IMG/VR virus record: IMGVR_UViG_3300025647_000017
Direction: 5' to 3' (one strand)
DNA length: 64,000 nt
DNA from: an uncultured virus (IMG/VR IMGVR_UViG_3300025647_000017)
Lineage: Duplodnaviria; Heunggongvirae; Uroviricota; Caudoviricetes
Part shown: piece by piece, positions 42,841 to 53,514 of the stretch
Layout: every line of letters begins with the position of its first letter
Position numbering within the stretch: position 1 is the stretch's first letter
Program-made: the position numbers and the translations under genes
The notes under the pieces: generated by a model
What the model was told of the DNA's origin: nothing
Databases searched by the model: none
What the model saw: only the letters and a program-made list of their open reading frames with translations

Positions 42841-42894
42841 TAGGTATACAATAAAAAGCCCTCAATTAAGAGGGCTTTACTTTATAAACGAGTA

Positions 42895-43732
42895 TTACCT
42901 ACCTTTATGATCTCTAACAATATGAAATTCTTTATCATATACAGTTGTAGTACCACTAAGACTGGTAAGTTTAGGTAGTCCACCATTAGCCATAAAAGTG
43001 GCTCCAGAGTAACCTTCCATTTTAATGTTAAATATCTGCTCTACTCCAGCCCCTCTGACACACAAGTGACTTGATGTGAAGATGGTATTAAAAGTACCAC
43101 CAATATCTATACCAACGTTAAAGTAACCACCGTTAGCTACAGTACTCTTAGCTTTAAACCTAACAATCCATGTATAGTAATCATTAAGTTTAATAGGTCT
43201 GAATTTACTAGCAGCAGAATCCCACATAGGTACAGTAGCATCATCAGGACGCTGACTATCAATAACTAAGTTTGAATTGTTAGTAAGTATAGCAGTGGCA
43301 CCCTCTGCTATAGTCTGAGGGCTTGCTAAGGTGTGTACACTGTCCACATGAACCGACCAACCAGTTTGTTTGCTGATCAATAGATCAACCTCTGAAGATG
43401 TAAGTCCTTCAACCAAAGGCGCACCAGAGTATATAGGCATATTACACTACCCCTTGTACATTAATAAACCCTTTAACTCCAGATACCGTAGACTTTGCCC
43501 ACACTTTTAGAGAACCAACCCTAACTGTGCATTTTCCATCTGGTCTATCTAAATTAGTAAGATATACACCCGCAGTTGAGGTTGATAAAGGAGCGTCAGT
43601 TCCCTCATATAATAGTATCCAAGTTGTTTTCTTATTCTGAATTATAAACTCAGAACCAACAGCAACACCAGAGGTAGTATTTAAGTCCACCCAAGAATCA
43701 CCAATTTCAATATCTGGTATAGTTTGTGACAT
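42895..43732 (-). CDS. Two probable virion proteins (43442-43732, 42895-43440)
   Basis: Beta-rich ORFs inside the structural operon. Confidence 0.5.
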
Positions 43733-43818
43733 TTTATGTATTTCCTATTTTAATAATTATTATTTGGTGTTTATTCACCAACATTTGTAGTAAACTATAT
43801 TCCCTCATATAAACCTTC

Positions 43819-46254
43819 CTAGAGTAATGGTAGATCCTGCCAAGAACCACCACCTCCGTTATCAACTAAAGAGAAACTGGTACTTAAATCACCACTGACG
43901 CAAGGTTGCAGTGCACTCGTATTATCATCAAATAGGTAGGTACCTCTTGGTAAAGTTAGTAATCTAACGGCACCTTTATATTGTGAATAGGTTGAGTTCT
44001 TTTTCATTACTTTAGTAACAGCATCTGCAACCCTGACAGTACCCCTCACATAGGCAGACCACTCGCCTTCTAATATCCCATCTTTATAAAGATATATACC
44101 TATTGGTTGTATTACAAGAGTCCATGTAGAATTATCAAGAGGCTTACCTACTCCACCACTAAAAATAACACCTCCAACATTAATCCTATAATTATATTGA
44201 CCAATCAAGCTAAATTCAAACTCAGTTTCATTTAAATCATTACTCTGGGTAATGATAGATTGCACACTAGAGTTTAAATCAATGCGGTCTGATACTGTAA
44301 ATATAATCTTAATTATAGATTCATCTAAATCTATAAGCTTAGAATTAGATTTAAAGTATTTAGATTCTGATGCACTTGTATTAACAAAGACTTGAGTGGT
44401 ATTTACTACAACATAAGAAGGCTTACTTACAATTACATATCCAGTACCTAATTTAGATACTGGAGTAACTACTAAATCGTAAGAAGTACCGCTAGTAAGC
44501 CCAGTAATAATAAGGGGAAATTTAATATCCAACCACTTAGTACTTATTACAGTACCACCTGTTACCTTATATGAAACCATATAATCTGTAACCTTGTGTC
44601 CATACTCCTCTATTTGCGTGGCATAGATCCTGATACTAGTGGAGGAATTAGGCTTAACATATACAGTAGCCCCAGTAGGTTTACGAGGGTCATTCATAAG
44701 TTCGTAATCAACTGATAGTAATGGACTTGGTATACCTCCCCCACCTATACAGGAGTGAGTGTACTGTGACTGAGGGTATGTATTGATATTACCAGTATTT
44801 CCTACACACTCGTTATGGATATAAACAGCGTAATCTCCATTATAAGACTTACCATACAGGTCACTATAGTTTAATGTTAATCCCGGACTTACATAACAGT
44901 TTATAAAGTGATTTCCTTTGGCAATGTTTTGATTCCAACCACCCTTACCTTTAGCTAAATGAAAACCAGCACATACTGTTGGCAATGTAGATTGACTACC
45001 TATTGTAGTTCTATGGTTATCTTGACCTAGGCAAGCAGTAAAAGTACACATACCTGCAGTAATATACCATCCACTTCCATGAGACTCTTGAGCCTCACAA
45101 CTTGTATAAAAACCCTGCCCACCAATCCAACTGTCAGACAATACAGCCCAGTTTGCTGATTTTTCCTCGTCAGTACCACCATCAACACCATTATAATAGG
45201 ATTTACAGTTTACAAACTTACAAGAGGTAGCTTTGTAAGATCTGATACCTGTAAACCTATTACCACCTGCGTTACAGTTCTCAAAATAACTGTCAACATA
45301 AGTGTCTATATCCCACCCACGTTGATTATTATTAGATTGACAGTTTTTAACTAAACCCTCACCACGCCCACTAATAAAGATACCTGTACCTTTCATGAAC
45401 GCTACTTGTATATCTTCCATCCTCAGATAATTATCTACATCAAGGTACCCACCCATTGCCATGTTTAGATGTATACCATTTTCAGCACTAGACCCATCCC
45501 ATCTACGACCCCAAATAGAAAACCCTTTTATTGTTAGATTACCGTCGGAACCTTTTGTTGCCCATCTCTCATTAGCAAGTACATGTACACCCTCAATAAA
45601 TCCATCAAGGCAAACAAATGTAGTTGAGTTTCTCCCTTTACCAACAAAACCACAACTTTCTGGTATAAGTATCGCTGCAGTGACTCCAGCATCTTTCTCT
45701 GTTTGACTTACATGTAGTCCGTAGGAAAGTGCCCCAAAAACTACATGCCAACCTCTATTAGGAGACCCGCGCCAAGTATCACTTCCCCTAACTAACGAGA
45801 ATTTCTTTGCTTGTGTCATTGCTGCAACAATACTAAGCCTATCATTAGTTCCTAAACTATTTACCACATCACCTTTAGCTCCGTACTGATGTACATCAAT
45901 CTCACCAGTTACTTTGTGTCTAAGAACTGCAGCTAATCCTTGCCCTAGGTTAAAGTTACCTAATCCATCTAATATAACAGTTGAAGGTATATTTACAATT
46001 GGAGTTACTAAATAGTTACCACCACCATAATCACCTATAGAGTGATATCCCCTAGTGATAACTTCCATATCACCATCTGCCATACTAGACCAATCAAAAG
46101 CTAACATATCAATAACAGTGTTAAATACCTTTTCTGAGTTGCTAGATCCTATGATATCTACCACTTTGTTGATGGTGGTCACTAAGTCAGTAGTAGTACT
46201 CTTACCACACTCAATTTTAGTTAAACTCACTATCAAAACCTCCTGCAAATTCAA
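43819..46254 (-). CDS. Beta-helix (pectate-lyase-like) depolymerase or fibre with FN3-like and lectin-like C-terminal parts
   Basis: GYH..GD.GGG.Y and QYGAKGD motifs, many N-C-x repeats, ITGLTSGTSYDL FN3-like motif; probable GTG start 46230. Confidence 0.75.
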   Translation of the reverse strand: MNLQEVLIVSLTKIECGKSTTTDLVTTINKVVDIIGSSNSEKVFNTVIDMLAFDWSSMADGDMEVITRGYHSIGDYGGGNYLVTPIVNIPSTVILDGLGNFNLGQGLAAVLRHKVTGEIDVHQYGAKGDVVNSLGTNDRLSIVAAMTQAKKFSLVRGSDTWRGSPNRGWHVVFGALSYGLHVSQTEKDAGVTAAILIPESCGFVGKGRNSTTFVCLDGFIEGVHVLANERWATKGSDGNLTIKGFSIWGRRWDGSSAENGIHLNMAMGGYLDVDNYLRMEDIQVAFMKGTGIFISGRGEGLVKNCQSNNNQRGWDIDTYVDSYFENCNAGGNRFTGIRSYKATSCKFVNCKSYYNGVDGGTDEEKSANWAVLSDSWIGGQGFYTSCEAQESHGSGWYITAGMCTFTACLGQDNHRTTIGSQSTLPTVCAGFHLAKGKGGWNQNIAKGNHFINCYVSPGLTLNYSDLYGKSYNGDYAVYIHNECVGNTGNINTYPQSQYTHSCIGGGGIPSPLLSVDYELMNDPRKPTGATVYVKPNSSTSIRIYATQIEEYGHKVTDYMVSYKVTGGTVISTKWLDIKFPLIITGLTSGTSYDLVVTPVSKLGTGYVIVSKPSYVVVNTTQVFVNTSASESKYFKSNSKLIDLDESIIKIIFTVSDRIDLNSSVQSIITQSNDLNETEFEFSLIGQYNYRINVGGVIFSGGVGKPLDNSTWTLVIQPIGIYLYKDGILEGEWSAYVRGTVRVADAVTKVMKKNSTYSQYKGAVRLLTLPRGTYLFDDNTSALQPCVSGDLSTSFSLVDNGGGGSWQDLPLL

Positions 46255-46516
46255 GTGCTTCTTCCCACGTTAATAGCATGGGTGTTTTGTCGCTAATTCC
46301 GAAATTTGGCTCTAATCCAATTCCAGATAAGTACTCTAAAAAGTATTGCGCACTATCTTTGTGAAAGTTAACTAATCGATAGTCTCCGTACACGACTGCA
46401 TCAGGCCAAGATTCATGTGCAATATTATTATCTTGGTAACCTTGCTCAGATAGAACTACGAACACGTACATGCCAGAGTTAAGCCAAATTTCTAATTTTG
46501 TCATTTGACTAACCAC
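46217..46516 (-). CDS. Hypothetical protein
   Basis: ORF coupled to its neighbours. Confidence 0.5.
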   Translation of the reverse strand: MVSQMTKLEIWLNSGMYVFVVLSEQGYQDNNIAHESWPDAVVYGDYRLVNFHKDSAQYFLEYLSGIGLEPNFGISDKTPMLLTWEEALEFAGGFDSEFN

Positions 46517-47313
46517 CCTGCTGGATTGTAATTAATAATGTTAGCTATTCTAGAACCAATAGTTGCAAGCTGTGAGGAACCTTGGGATTTATTGTTTAAA
46601 GGTATAGTGATATTACCTGCCGCTCTAATAAACCTTAGATCAAAAAATGACTGATTACTAAAGGCGCTAGGAACAGGAGTTGCTCCAATTATTTTTATAT
46701 TACCATTGTTTAGGTGCGTAAATTCAATTTCATGTATATTCCCATCGGTAGGCATTACATGATTGTTAGATATAGTTACCCCATCTAGTTTAGTTGTATG
46801 TAGACCATTAATACCTTGAATATTAGTTCCTCCTAATAGATAAACCTTATAGATATCAGTATTTTCAGCATTGCAAAATAACACCCTTGTAGCGCCATTA
46901 CTTGCAGCTGCTTTAAATTTAAATATTGTTTTATCTCCTACTGCTAAATTTATAGGTGTATCCATAGAAAAGTATTGCGATAAGCCATCAAGTTTAAATG
47001 CATAGCTAGTTACACCTAAAATTGCTGCGCTAGAAGTAACTACAGTACCAACGCTATCAGTAACCGTAACCGTAATAGATGCGTTTTTATCCGCATCTGC
47101 GGCTGTAAATGATAATGCTGCGCTATTGGTTCCAGTATTTACACCGTTCTTTTTCCATTGGTAAGTGTAAGGGGCAATGCCGCCGATAATTTCACAACTG
47201 AATGTTGCAAGTGAATATTCGTCAACAGTTTTACTTTGTGGTTGAGAAGAGAATAATAATATGCTTATATTATACCCTCCTAATATTATTCCACCATCGA
47301 AGCTAATAGGCAT
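46501..47313 (-). CDS. Ig-like domain virion (decoration) protein
   Basis: GG.APYTYQWKKNG...VTVTDS.G Ig-like motif. Confidence 0.75.
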   Translation of the reverse strand: MPISFDGGIILGGYNISILLFSSQPQSKTVDEYSLATFSCEIIGGIAPYTYQWKKNGVNTGTNSAALSFTAADADKNASITVTVTDSVGTVVTSSAAILGVTSYAFKLDGLSQYFSMDTPINLAVGDKTIFKFKAAASNGATRVLFCNAENTDIYKVYLLGGTNIQGINGLHTTKLDGVTISNNHVMPTDGNIHEIEFTHLNNGNIKIIGATPVPSAFSNQSFFDLRFIRAAGNITIPLNNKSQGSSQLATIGSRIANIINYNPAGWLVK

Positions 47314-47327
47314 AACTTAATACCTCT

Positions 47328-47888
47328 CTATTCAACGCCAGCAGCTTCTTTAAAGTCAGCCAGCATATTTGAAATTGATTTATTCTTCTTTAATGACACA
47401 CCAAACTTAGCTGCATATAGGTCTAACTCTGATTTATCACTCTTCGTGTTCTTGAGAGCTTCTACACGAGGCCAATCTACTTCATCGAAGGAAATATACT
47501 CATGTTCAATTAAAATCTCACCAGCAGCTTCCTGTTCACCCTCAGTAGCAACAATGCCTTTATCTGACTCTACAATACCCTCTTCATCCATAGCAATTAA
47601 AGAAATTTTAGTTTCTTCTACGACAATGGTAGGTGGGTTATCATCAAAGGTTACTACCCAACGATTACGTCTAGTAGTGGATTTATCTGGATCAATAAAA
47701 TATCCAAACCGTTCATTCAATGCAATGAAATAATCTTTAGCACAACGAGTGGTAGTTAATACTCCATGAATATCTACAAAGTAAAACTGTGGTAACCCGT
47801 TAGTAGCTTTAGCATCAAACTCTGGTTTAAGGTTAGCTACATACCCTGTGAACTGAGGTTTACGTAAAAACACTTTACATTCTGTCAT
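47328..47888 (-). CDS. Hypothetical head-associated protein
   Basis: Follows the major capsid gene; K.EL..YA..FGV.L motif. Confidence 0.55.
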   Translation of the reverse strand: MTECKVFLRKPQFTGYVANLKPEFDAKATNGLPQFYFVDIHGVLTTTRCAKDYFIALNERFGYFIDPDKSTTRRNRWVVTFDDNPPTIVVEETKISLIAMDEEGIVESDKGIVATEGEQEAAGEILIEHEYISFDEVDWPRVEALKNTKSDKSELDLYAAKFGVSLKKNKSISNMLADFKEAAGVE

Positions 47889-47914
47889 GTATTAATTCTC
47901 CTAAAATTTAAAAC

Positions 47915-47943
47915 AAAAAGGGAGCCATAAGAGGCTCCCTTTG
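47915..47943 (-). terminator. Terminator after the major capsid gene
   Basis: AAAGGGAGCC-loop-GGCTCCCTTT with T tail on the minus strand. Confidence 0.8.
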
Positions 47944-47960
47944 TATATACAAATTAACGG

Positions 47961-48971
47961 TTATACACGCAGGGTGTTACCAGTAGCTTTAACTACTAAC
48001 TCTGGACGAGTGTTAACGATAATGAAACTTGATTCAGTCTCAACTTTAGAAGCACGATGACTTGTATCATCTAAGAATACATACATCTCTTGTGCAACTT
48101 GGTTTGCATACAACACTGAGTCTGCAGGAGCATACTGTGCCATAAACATTGTGCTGATACCCATTGGTAAGAAGTAAGCATCACCAGTAGCGATTTCACC
48201 AGAGATATCTTCAATGTAAGTAACACCAGAAGTATCAAATGAACGGTTGATTAACTCACCACCTAAACGACGACGTAGAGGCTCACTTTCACTTGGGTAG
48301 CTATCATATGCAGCTTGAACCAATGGATGAGTGATTAACGAGTTGAAGAAACCTGAACCAACGATTGCAATAACTTTGTAGCTATCACCATTGTCAGCAG
48401 CATTAGTGATAATACTTTGACGGGCTTCAGCTTCTACAGTAATACGTGGGTCAACAGCATCATCAGTAAAGTCGATTGGGAAAGTTACTGGAGTAACACC
48501 GAACTCTGTGAAGTAGTTGTACTGACCTTGTAGCCACTCTGGAGAGTAAGAACTACCTTTCAATGCTGCGTATAAAGCTTTCTCGAAAGTGTTAGTGTGA
48601 GACTTAGCAATACGATTCATAGAACGCATTACACGGTCTTGTAAAGTAGCTGGAGTATCAGAAGTACCATACAAACGTAAGTCTTGAATTTCCTGTGCTG
48701 TCCAACGTGTATCTAGTGGGAACAAAGGAATATTAAAGTTACGAGAGATTGCTGATTCACGACCAGCGAAGTTACGATCACCACCACGGGCACGAGCAGC
48801 AATCACATCTAAACTTTCAGTAACACGTTCAACTTGTGCTACAGTAGTCTCACCCATTACAGTGTTCTGAATTAAACCTAAGCTAGATAATAGTTTAGGT
48901 ACGCGAGGGACTAGTTCAACAAGTGGAGTGAAATCTAGTACACCAAAATCGCCATTACGAGCAGTTGCCAT
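47961..48971 (-). CDS. Major capsid protein (lambda E-like HK97 fold)
   Basis: Size, position after protease and decoration genes, AQYAPAD and RPELVVK motifs. Confidence 0.85.
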   Translation of the reverse strand: MATARNGDFGVLDFTPLVELVPRVPKLLSSLGLIQNTVMGETTVAQVERVTESLDVIAARARGGDRNFAGRESAISRNFNIPLFPLDTRWTAQEIQDLRLYGTSDTPATLQDRVMRSMNRIAKSHTNTFEKALYAALKGSSYSPEWLQGQYNYFTEFGVTPVTFPIDFTDDAVDPRITVEAEARQSIITNAADNGDSYKVIAIVGSGFFNSLITHPLVQAAYDSYPSESEPLRRRLGGELINRSFDTSGVTYIEDISGEIATGDAYFLPMGISTMFMAQYAPADSVLYANQVAQEMYVFLDDTSHRASKVETESSFIIVNTRPELVVKATGNTLRV

Positions 48972-48996
48972 TATTTATTTTCCTTCTAAATTCTTA

Positions 48997-49353
48997 TTAT
49001 GCGAAAGTGTTAAGTTGTGCTGCAAGAGCAGTTTTACCAGCGGCATTAATTGCACCGTCTGTAAACACAACGTTAGCTTCTTTAAATGTGCAACCACGTT
49101 TAGCAACTGACACAGTAAGTGTATCACCTACTACTAAGTCATCACCGTAATCACGGACTGTTAGGTCATCAATCACACCAGCAGATGTTGCAGCGCCAGC
49201 AATGGCAACCTCAACACCAGCAGCAGTAACTACTGAACCATTCTTCATAGTAGCAGTCCAAACAACGTCTACGTCATCATGTGTGAAACCAGCTAAGTCA
49301 GTAACAATTGCATTAAGTACAATCTGTTCTGCGCCAAGGTTTAAATCAGGCAT
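48997..49353 (-). CDS. Head decoration protein
   Basis: Between protease/scaffold and capsid. Confidence 0.65.
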   Translation of the reverse strand: MPDLNLGAEQIVLNAIVTDLAGFTHDDVDVVWTATMKNGSVVTAAGVEVAIAGAATSAGVIDDLTVRDYGDDLVVGDTLTVSVAKRGCTFKEANVVFTDGAINAAGKTALAAQLNTFA

Positions 49354-49377
49354 CGGGTATATCTCCTAGTTTTATAA

Positions 49378-50793
49378 TTATTTAGTTTTAACTTGAGCGG
49401 CTTTAAGTGCTGCAATTTTACCTTGCAATACGCTGTTACCTTGGGCTTCTTCTTTGAGTTCAGCACTAGTCGATGTGACAGTAGTAGCAAACTCAGTTTT
49501 AACTTGTTCTACTTCAAGTGCAGCAGCTTCAACCTTAGATTGAGCTTCAGTGACTTGAGATGCAGCTTCCATTAATACAGATTCATTTGATGCATTAGCA
49601 GCAGCAATAACAGAATTCATTAAACTCTTATGGTCTTCTTTCACATCAGCAGACATGAAGAAAGTTAATAGAGACTCTTTACACTCAGCTAAGAAAGGAG
49701 TAGTATCAAGTTGTGCTGATAACTTCTCTGTAGCCATTTGTGCTTCTTTAGCCTGATAAGCAGCTAACATAGATGCTTGTTGTTCCATTTGTGCTTGCAT
49801 TTTAGCAAACTCAGCAGGATCTACTTGGAATTCAGCAGACATTGATTTTTTATCCTTTTGTTTAGAATTTGGGTTGATATCAATAGTTTGATCTTTTGGA
49901 GGAGTAGTAACATCTTCGTTTATTTCAGATTCAGGTACTTCAGATAAGTAGGTGTAGAATTCTTCCCCTTCCATAATCTTATCAACTAAACCTAATCTCA
50001 AACAATCATCAGATGAAAACATCTTAGCATCCGTACCTCTAACTACATCAGCAGAGATACCACGCATATTAGCTACATGGTCAACAAACTGCCCGTATAG
50101 AGAATCTACTTTAACTTGTAAGTCACTAATGAAATCGTTACGGTATTCACCATTCTCATCAAATGGGACTTTAGATGCACCAGCAGTAATATACTTAACA
50201 GTGATACCATCTTCTTCTAACTTTTTATTATTGTTAGCTAGACGAATAACTACACCGATAGAGCCACACTGTGCGTCAGGGTTCATGATAACTTCGTGTG
50301 CAGCACTTGCTAAAGCAAATCCAGCAGAAGCAGCCATACCATCTACATAGGCATAAATCTTAATACCAGCAGCGTCAGCTTTCTTACGTAATTCGCGAGA
50401 TGTAGAGAACGCTCTGTACGCCTCACCCCCAGAACTATCAACTAACATCAGTACTTTAGTCACTTCACGGTTAGAAACAATCTCATCCATTTGCTCAAGC
50501 AAACCTTGATAAGAACATCCACCACAGTAAGCTTCCCAACCTGTTTTCTTATAAGTTGTGGGACCTTCCACTCTCAAGATCCCTACGGAACCTTCTACCA
50601 AATCACCTGAGTTATACTCCATATGATCACTGGACAACTGGGCAGCATGAGATGCAGCTTCATAGATACCACTATTGCGGTCTTCTAGGACAGAAGCAAT
50701 TTCTTCAAACTTAGTTGCTGTGATTAACTGGGGTAGGTCGAGGATTGATTTGGAGAGTCTTGGCAATTTATGTGCCATCATATCTCCTTTCAA
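49378..50793 (-). CDS. S49 prohead protease with C-terminal scaffold
   Basis: DSSGG, MAASAGF and GSIGV S49 motifs; Ala/Gln-rich helical C-terminus. Confidence 0.9.
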   Translation of the reverse strand: MKGDMMAHKLPRLSKSILDLPQLITATKFEEIASVLEDRNSGIYEAASHAAQLSSDHMEYNSGDLVEGSVGILRVEGPTTYKKTGWEAYCGGCSYQGLLEQMDEIVSNREVTKVLMLVDSSGGEAYRAFSTSRELRKKADAAGIKIYAYVDGMAASAGFALASAAHEVIMNPDAQCGSIGVVIRLANNNKKLEEDGITVKYITAGASKVPFDENGEYRNDFISDLQVKVDSLYGQFVDHVANMRGISADVVRGTDAKMFSSDDCLRLGLVDKIMEGEEFYTYLSEVPESEINEDVTTPPKDQTIDINPNSKQKDKKSMSAEFQVDPAEFAKMQAQMEQQASMLAAYQAKEAQMATEKLSAQLDTTPFLAECKESLLTFFMSADVKEDHKSLMNSVIAAANASNESVLMEAASQVTEAQSKVEAAALEVEQVKTEFATTVTSTSAELKEEAQGNSVLQGKIAALKAAQVKTK

Positions 50794-50884
50794 GGATTGA
50801 TTAATACCTTATGAGGTATATTACCATTTAATAAGTGACTAATCAACCCTTTATTGTATTGTGATTAAAATGTCAAGGAATTAT

Positions 50885-52399
50885 TTAATTATTTTCCTTG
50901 TTGGCAACAGAACGGTCACCACCAGTAGCTGTAGATGTGCCAGTCCCATTATTTAAACCTGAGTTCATAGCTGAGCCACTCTTACTGGTAGATTCTGCTA
51001 ATAAGGGTGCAATACTTTCTGGTGTGGCATCATCAGCAAACCGATAAGTAATACCAAGTTTACCATAGATTTCATTAAGGAATTTAGGATCTCTACTTGG
51101 AGTTAACCCTGTAGCAGTTACACGTTGAAGCATCTTACCAAATTCATCAATACTTAATGGTTCAATTGCACCAGCCTTGATAACAGGTACATCTTCTGGA
51201 AGTAATTCCCACCCGTTGAGTCTAAACAGTTGTTGGTTGATGTCAGTATTTAATGCTTCTTCAATGACAGCGATATCTCGTTCAATATAGAATGAATGGA
51301 TACTGTTCTGACCTTCAAGCATGTTATACGAGCCACCTGCACCATCACCAGCAATTAAGTTACCAGCACCGAATGCATTGTAGATAGCACGTTTACGCTG
51401 CTCAACTAGAGCAACAGTGTCAAAATTACGTCCGCCACCATCTATTCCCATGAACTTAAGGTCGAAACTACGCATACCATTACCACTTTCACTTTGAGTG
51501 TCAGACGGTAATATAGTATAATTCTGTTCACCAGTATGCATGTTAGCCATATTGGTTTTAAGTTGCTCAACCATCAATCCTTCTGGACTAGAAGCATCTG
51601 CAGCAGCCTTAGAGAGGATATCTTCTGGTAGGTATAGGATAGGTGTACCAGAGAAATCTTTAGTCACACCGACTAACGTACACTCTTGTAGGAGTATCTT
51701 CTCACGCCATGCTGTGTAACATGTATCAAATGCTGACACACCAAACGGTTGAGCATCTGTACCACTATATGTGATCAATGCTAACTTGTTACGAGGTACA
51801 CTTACATAACCTCTAGCAACATGCATTTCATAGTCGAACACATCTGATGTATTTCTAAAGGCATTAAGGTTCTGCCTCATCTCAATAATATCACGACCAC
51901 CATTACCAATAGTAAATGGCGTTGTTTGTTGCAATGATAGTGGATGAATGTAGAGTAATTTATCAATAGTCCAATAGTCTGCCCACTTACCCATACCTTT
52001 ACGATAGGTCTTCTCGAATGGAGCTAAACCGTCACGTTTAAATTCTGATGCACTTCTAGCAAAACTACGTAACGTTTGACCTCTCATATTAGAGTAACAG
52101 TATTTGAGGAAGTCAGCAGCCTCTTTAGACTGTGTAGAATGTTGGTTATAGGTTATCTCATAATTAGAGAAAGCCTTCTCAACTAGGATACAGTTCGCTG
52201 CAAAGGCATTACCAACAGCATCATCAAGCAACATACATTGATATGTTCGAAGTCGTTGACTTTGTGATAGTTCATAAGGTCGGAGGATGTTTACTATTTG
52301 TTTAATAGTTTCAATTGCAGGAGTTGCAACACTTTTCTTGGACTGACGAGTCTCTCTGGTATCTGTTTTAATTCGTGCCGACTTCGGCTGTTTAGCCAT
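50885..52399 (-). CDS. Portal protein
   Basis: About 500 aa upstream of the protease; G.A.FEK.Y and LF.LNGW motifs. Confidence 0.85.
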   Translation of the reverse strand: MAKQPKSARIKTDTRETRQSKKSVATPAIETIKQIVNILRPYELSQSQRLRTYQCMLLDDAVGNAFAANCILVEKAFSNYEITYNQHSTQSKEAADFLKYCYSNMRGQTLRSFARSASEFKRDGLAPFEKTYRKGMGKWADYWTIDKLLYIHPLSLQQTTPFTIGNGGRDIIEMRQNLNAFRNTSDVFDYEMHVARGYVSVPRNKLALITYSGTDAQPFGVSAFDTCYTAWREKILLQECTLVGVTKDFSGTPILYLPEDILSKAAADASSPEGLMVEQLKTNMANMHTGEQNYTILPSDTQSESGNGMRSFDLKFMGIDGGGRNFDTVALVEQRKRAIYNAFGAGNLIAGDGAGGSYNMLEGQNSIHSFYIERDIAVIEEALNTDINQQLFRLNGWELLPEDVPVIKAGAIEPLSIDEFGKMLQRVTATGLTPSRDPKFLNEIYGKLGITYRFADDATPESIAPLLAESTSKSGSAMNSGLNNGTGTSTATGGDRSVANKENN

Positions 52400-52757
52400 G
52401 TTAATTCCCCTTCATTAAATACATAGCTTTATATGCTTATGTTATAATAGGATTATAGCAGATTTGGAAAAGTCAAGCAAACTTGGAGGTATGTTGGTGA
52501 TATGATGAGATTAGTATGAATTGAAGATAATATAAAGCCAACCTTCTGGGTTGGCTTATGTTTTAATAATCACTCCTTATTTAACAATTGCAAACAATGG
52601 TGATTTAGTGTCAGCACCTAGCTCAGCCAATACATCAACTTTACTAGTAGAGATCGCCTCAGATAAATCAACTCCATCTTATAGTGATAATTGTGCAGTA
52701 CGTGGTACACCATCTTTACGGTAAACGAATGTATATGTCATATTTAAATCTCCTTAA

Positions 52758-53448
52758 TTAAATTACTGCAGCAGCTGTTGCAAATACTACCACGCCAGCG
52801 TAAATTGCACATAGTTTTCTATACCCAACATCCCAATTAACTGGGTTTAATAGTGTAGCATCCATATAGATAAATGAATATGCTAAAGTAATTAGTATAA
52901 TAGGTACGAATGTTAGGCATAATACAGTTAATAAAATATATTTCCACATAGTGTTCTCCTTATCTATGATATCCAAGTGAAATTAAATATTCCGCTAATG
53001 AACAACCTTTTAATGTACAACTACTATAAACCTCAAGGTAAGTCTGTAATTCACCTAGCTCTGAGCCTACAGGGTGCTTGACAGTGGCATCCTTCAACTT
53101 ACCATGTGGGGTATCCATCTCATTGTTAGGGTCAGGTACTTTAACTTTTGATAACATATTATTAATTCCCTTTAGTCTAGAGTTTACACCTTCTTCTAAG
53201 AATAATACCACCTTCTTATTTTTGTCATTCATACTACACTCCTTTAATTATGGTATCATAATCTCATATAGAAATGAGAATAAATCTGCACTTGTAACTC
53301 TAATAATGTCTTCAGATGAACCCCATAACACATGTACTTCATAGTAGTAAGTGTTATAGTCCGTCTTACCCTCACAAGACTTAACATCCCAACCTGCACA
53401 ATGATGTCCAGTATGATTAAGGTAGTGTGCAATCATTTTTGTATTCAT
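52758..53448 (-). CDS. Small hypothetical genes (53248-53448, 52960-53232, about 52758-52949)
   Basis: ORFs with RBS downstream of TTGACA-17-CATAAT (53511-53483). Confidence 0.55.
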
Positions 53449-53514
53449 AAATAAAAATCTCCTTACCGTTTAAGATAAGGAGATTATGTCAGGGTTTATC
53501 TGTGTTGTCAAACT

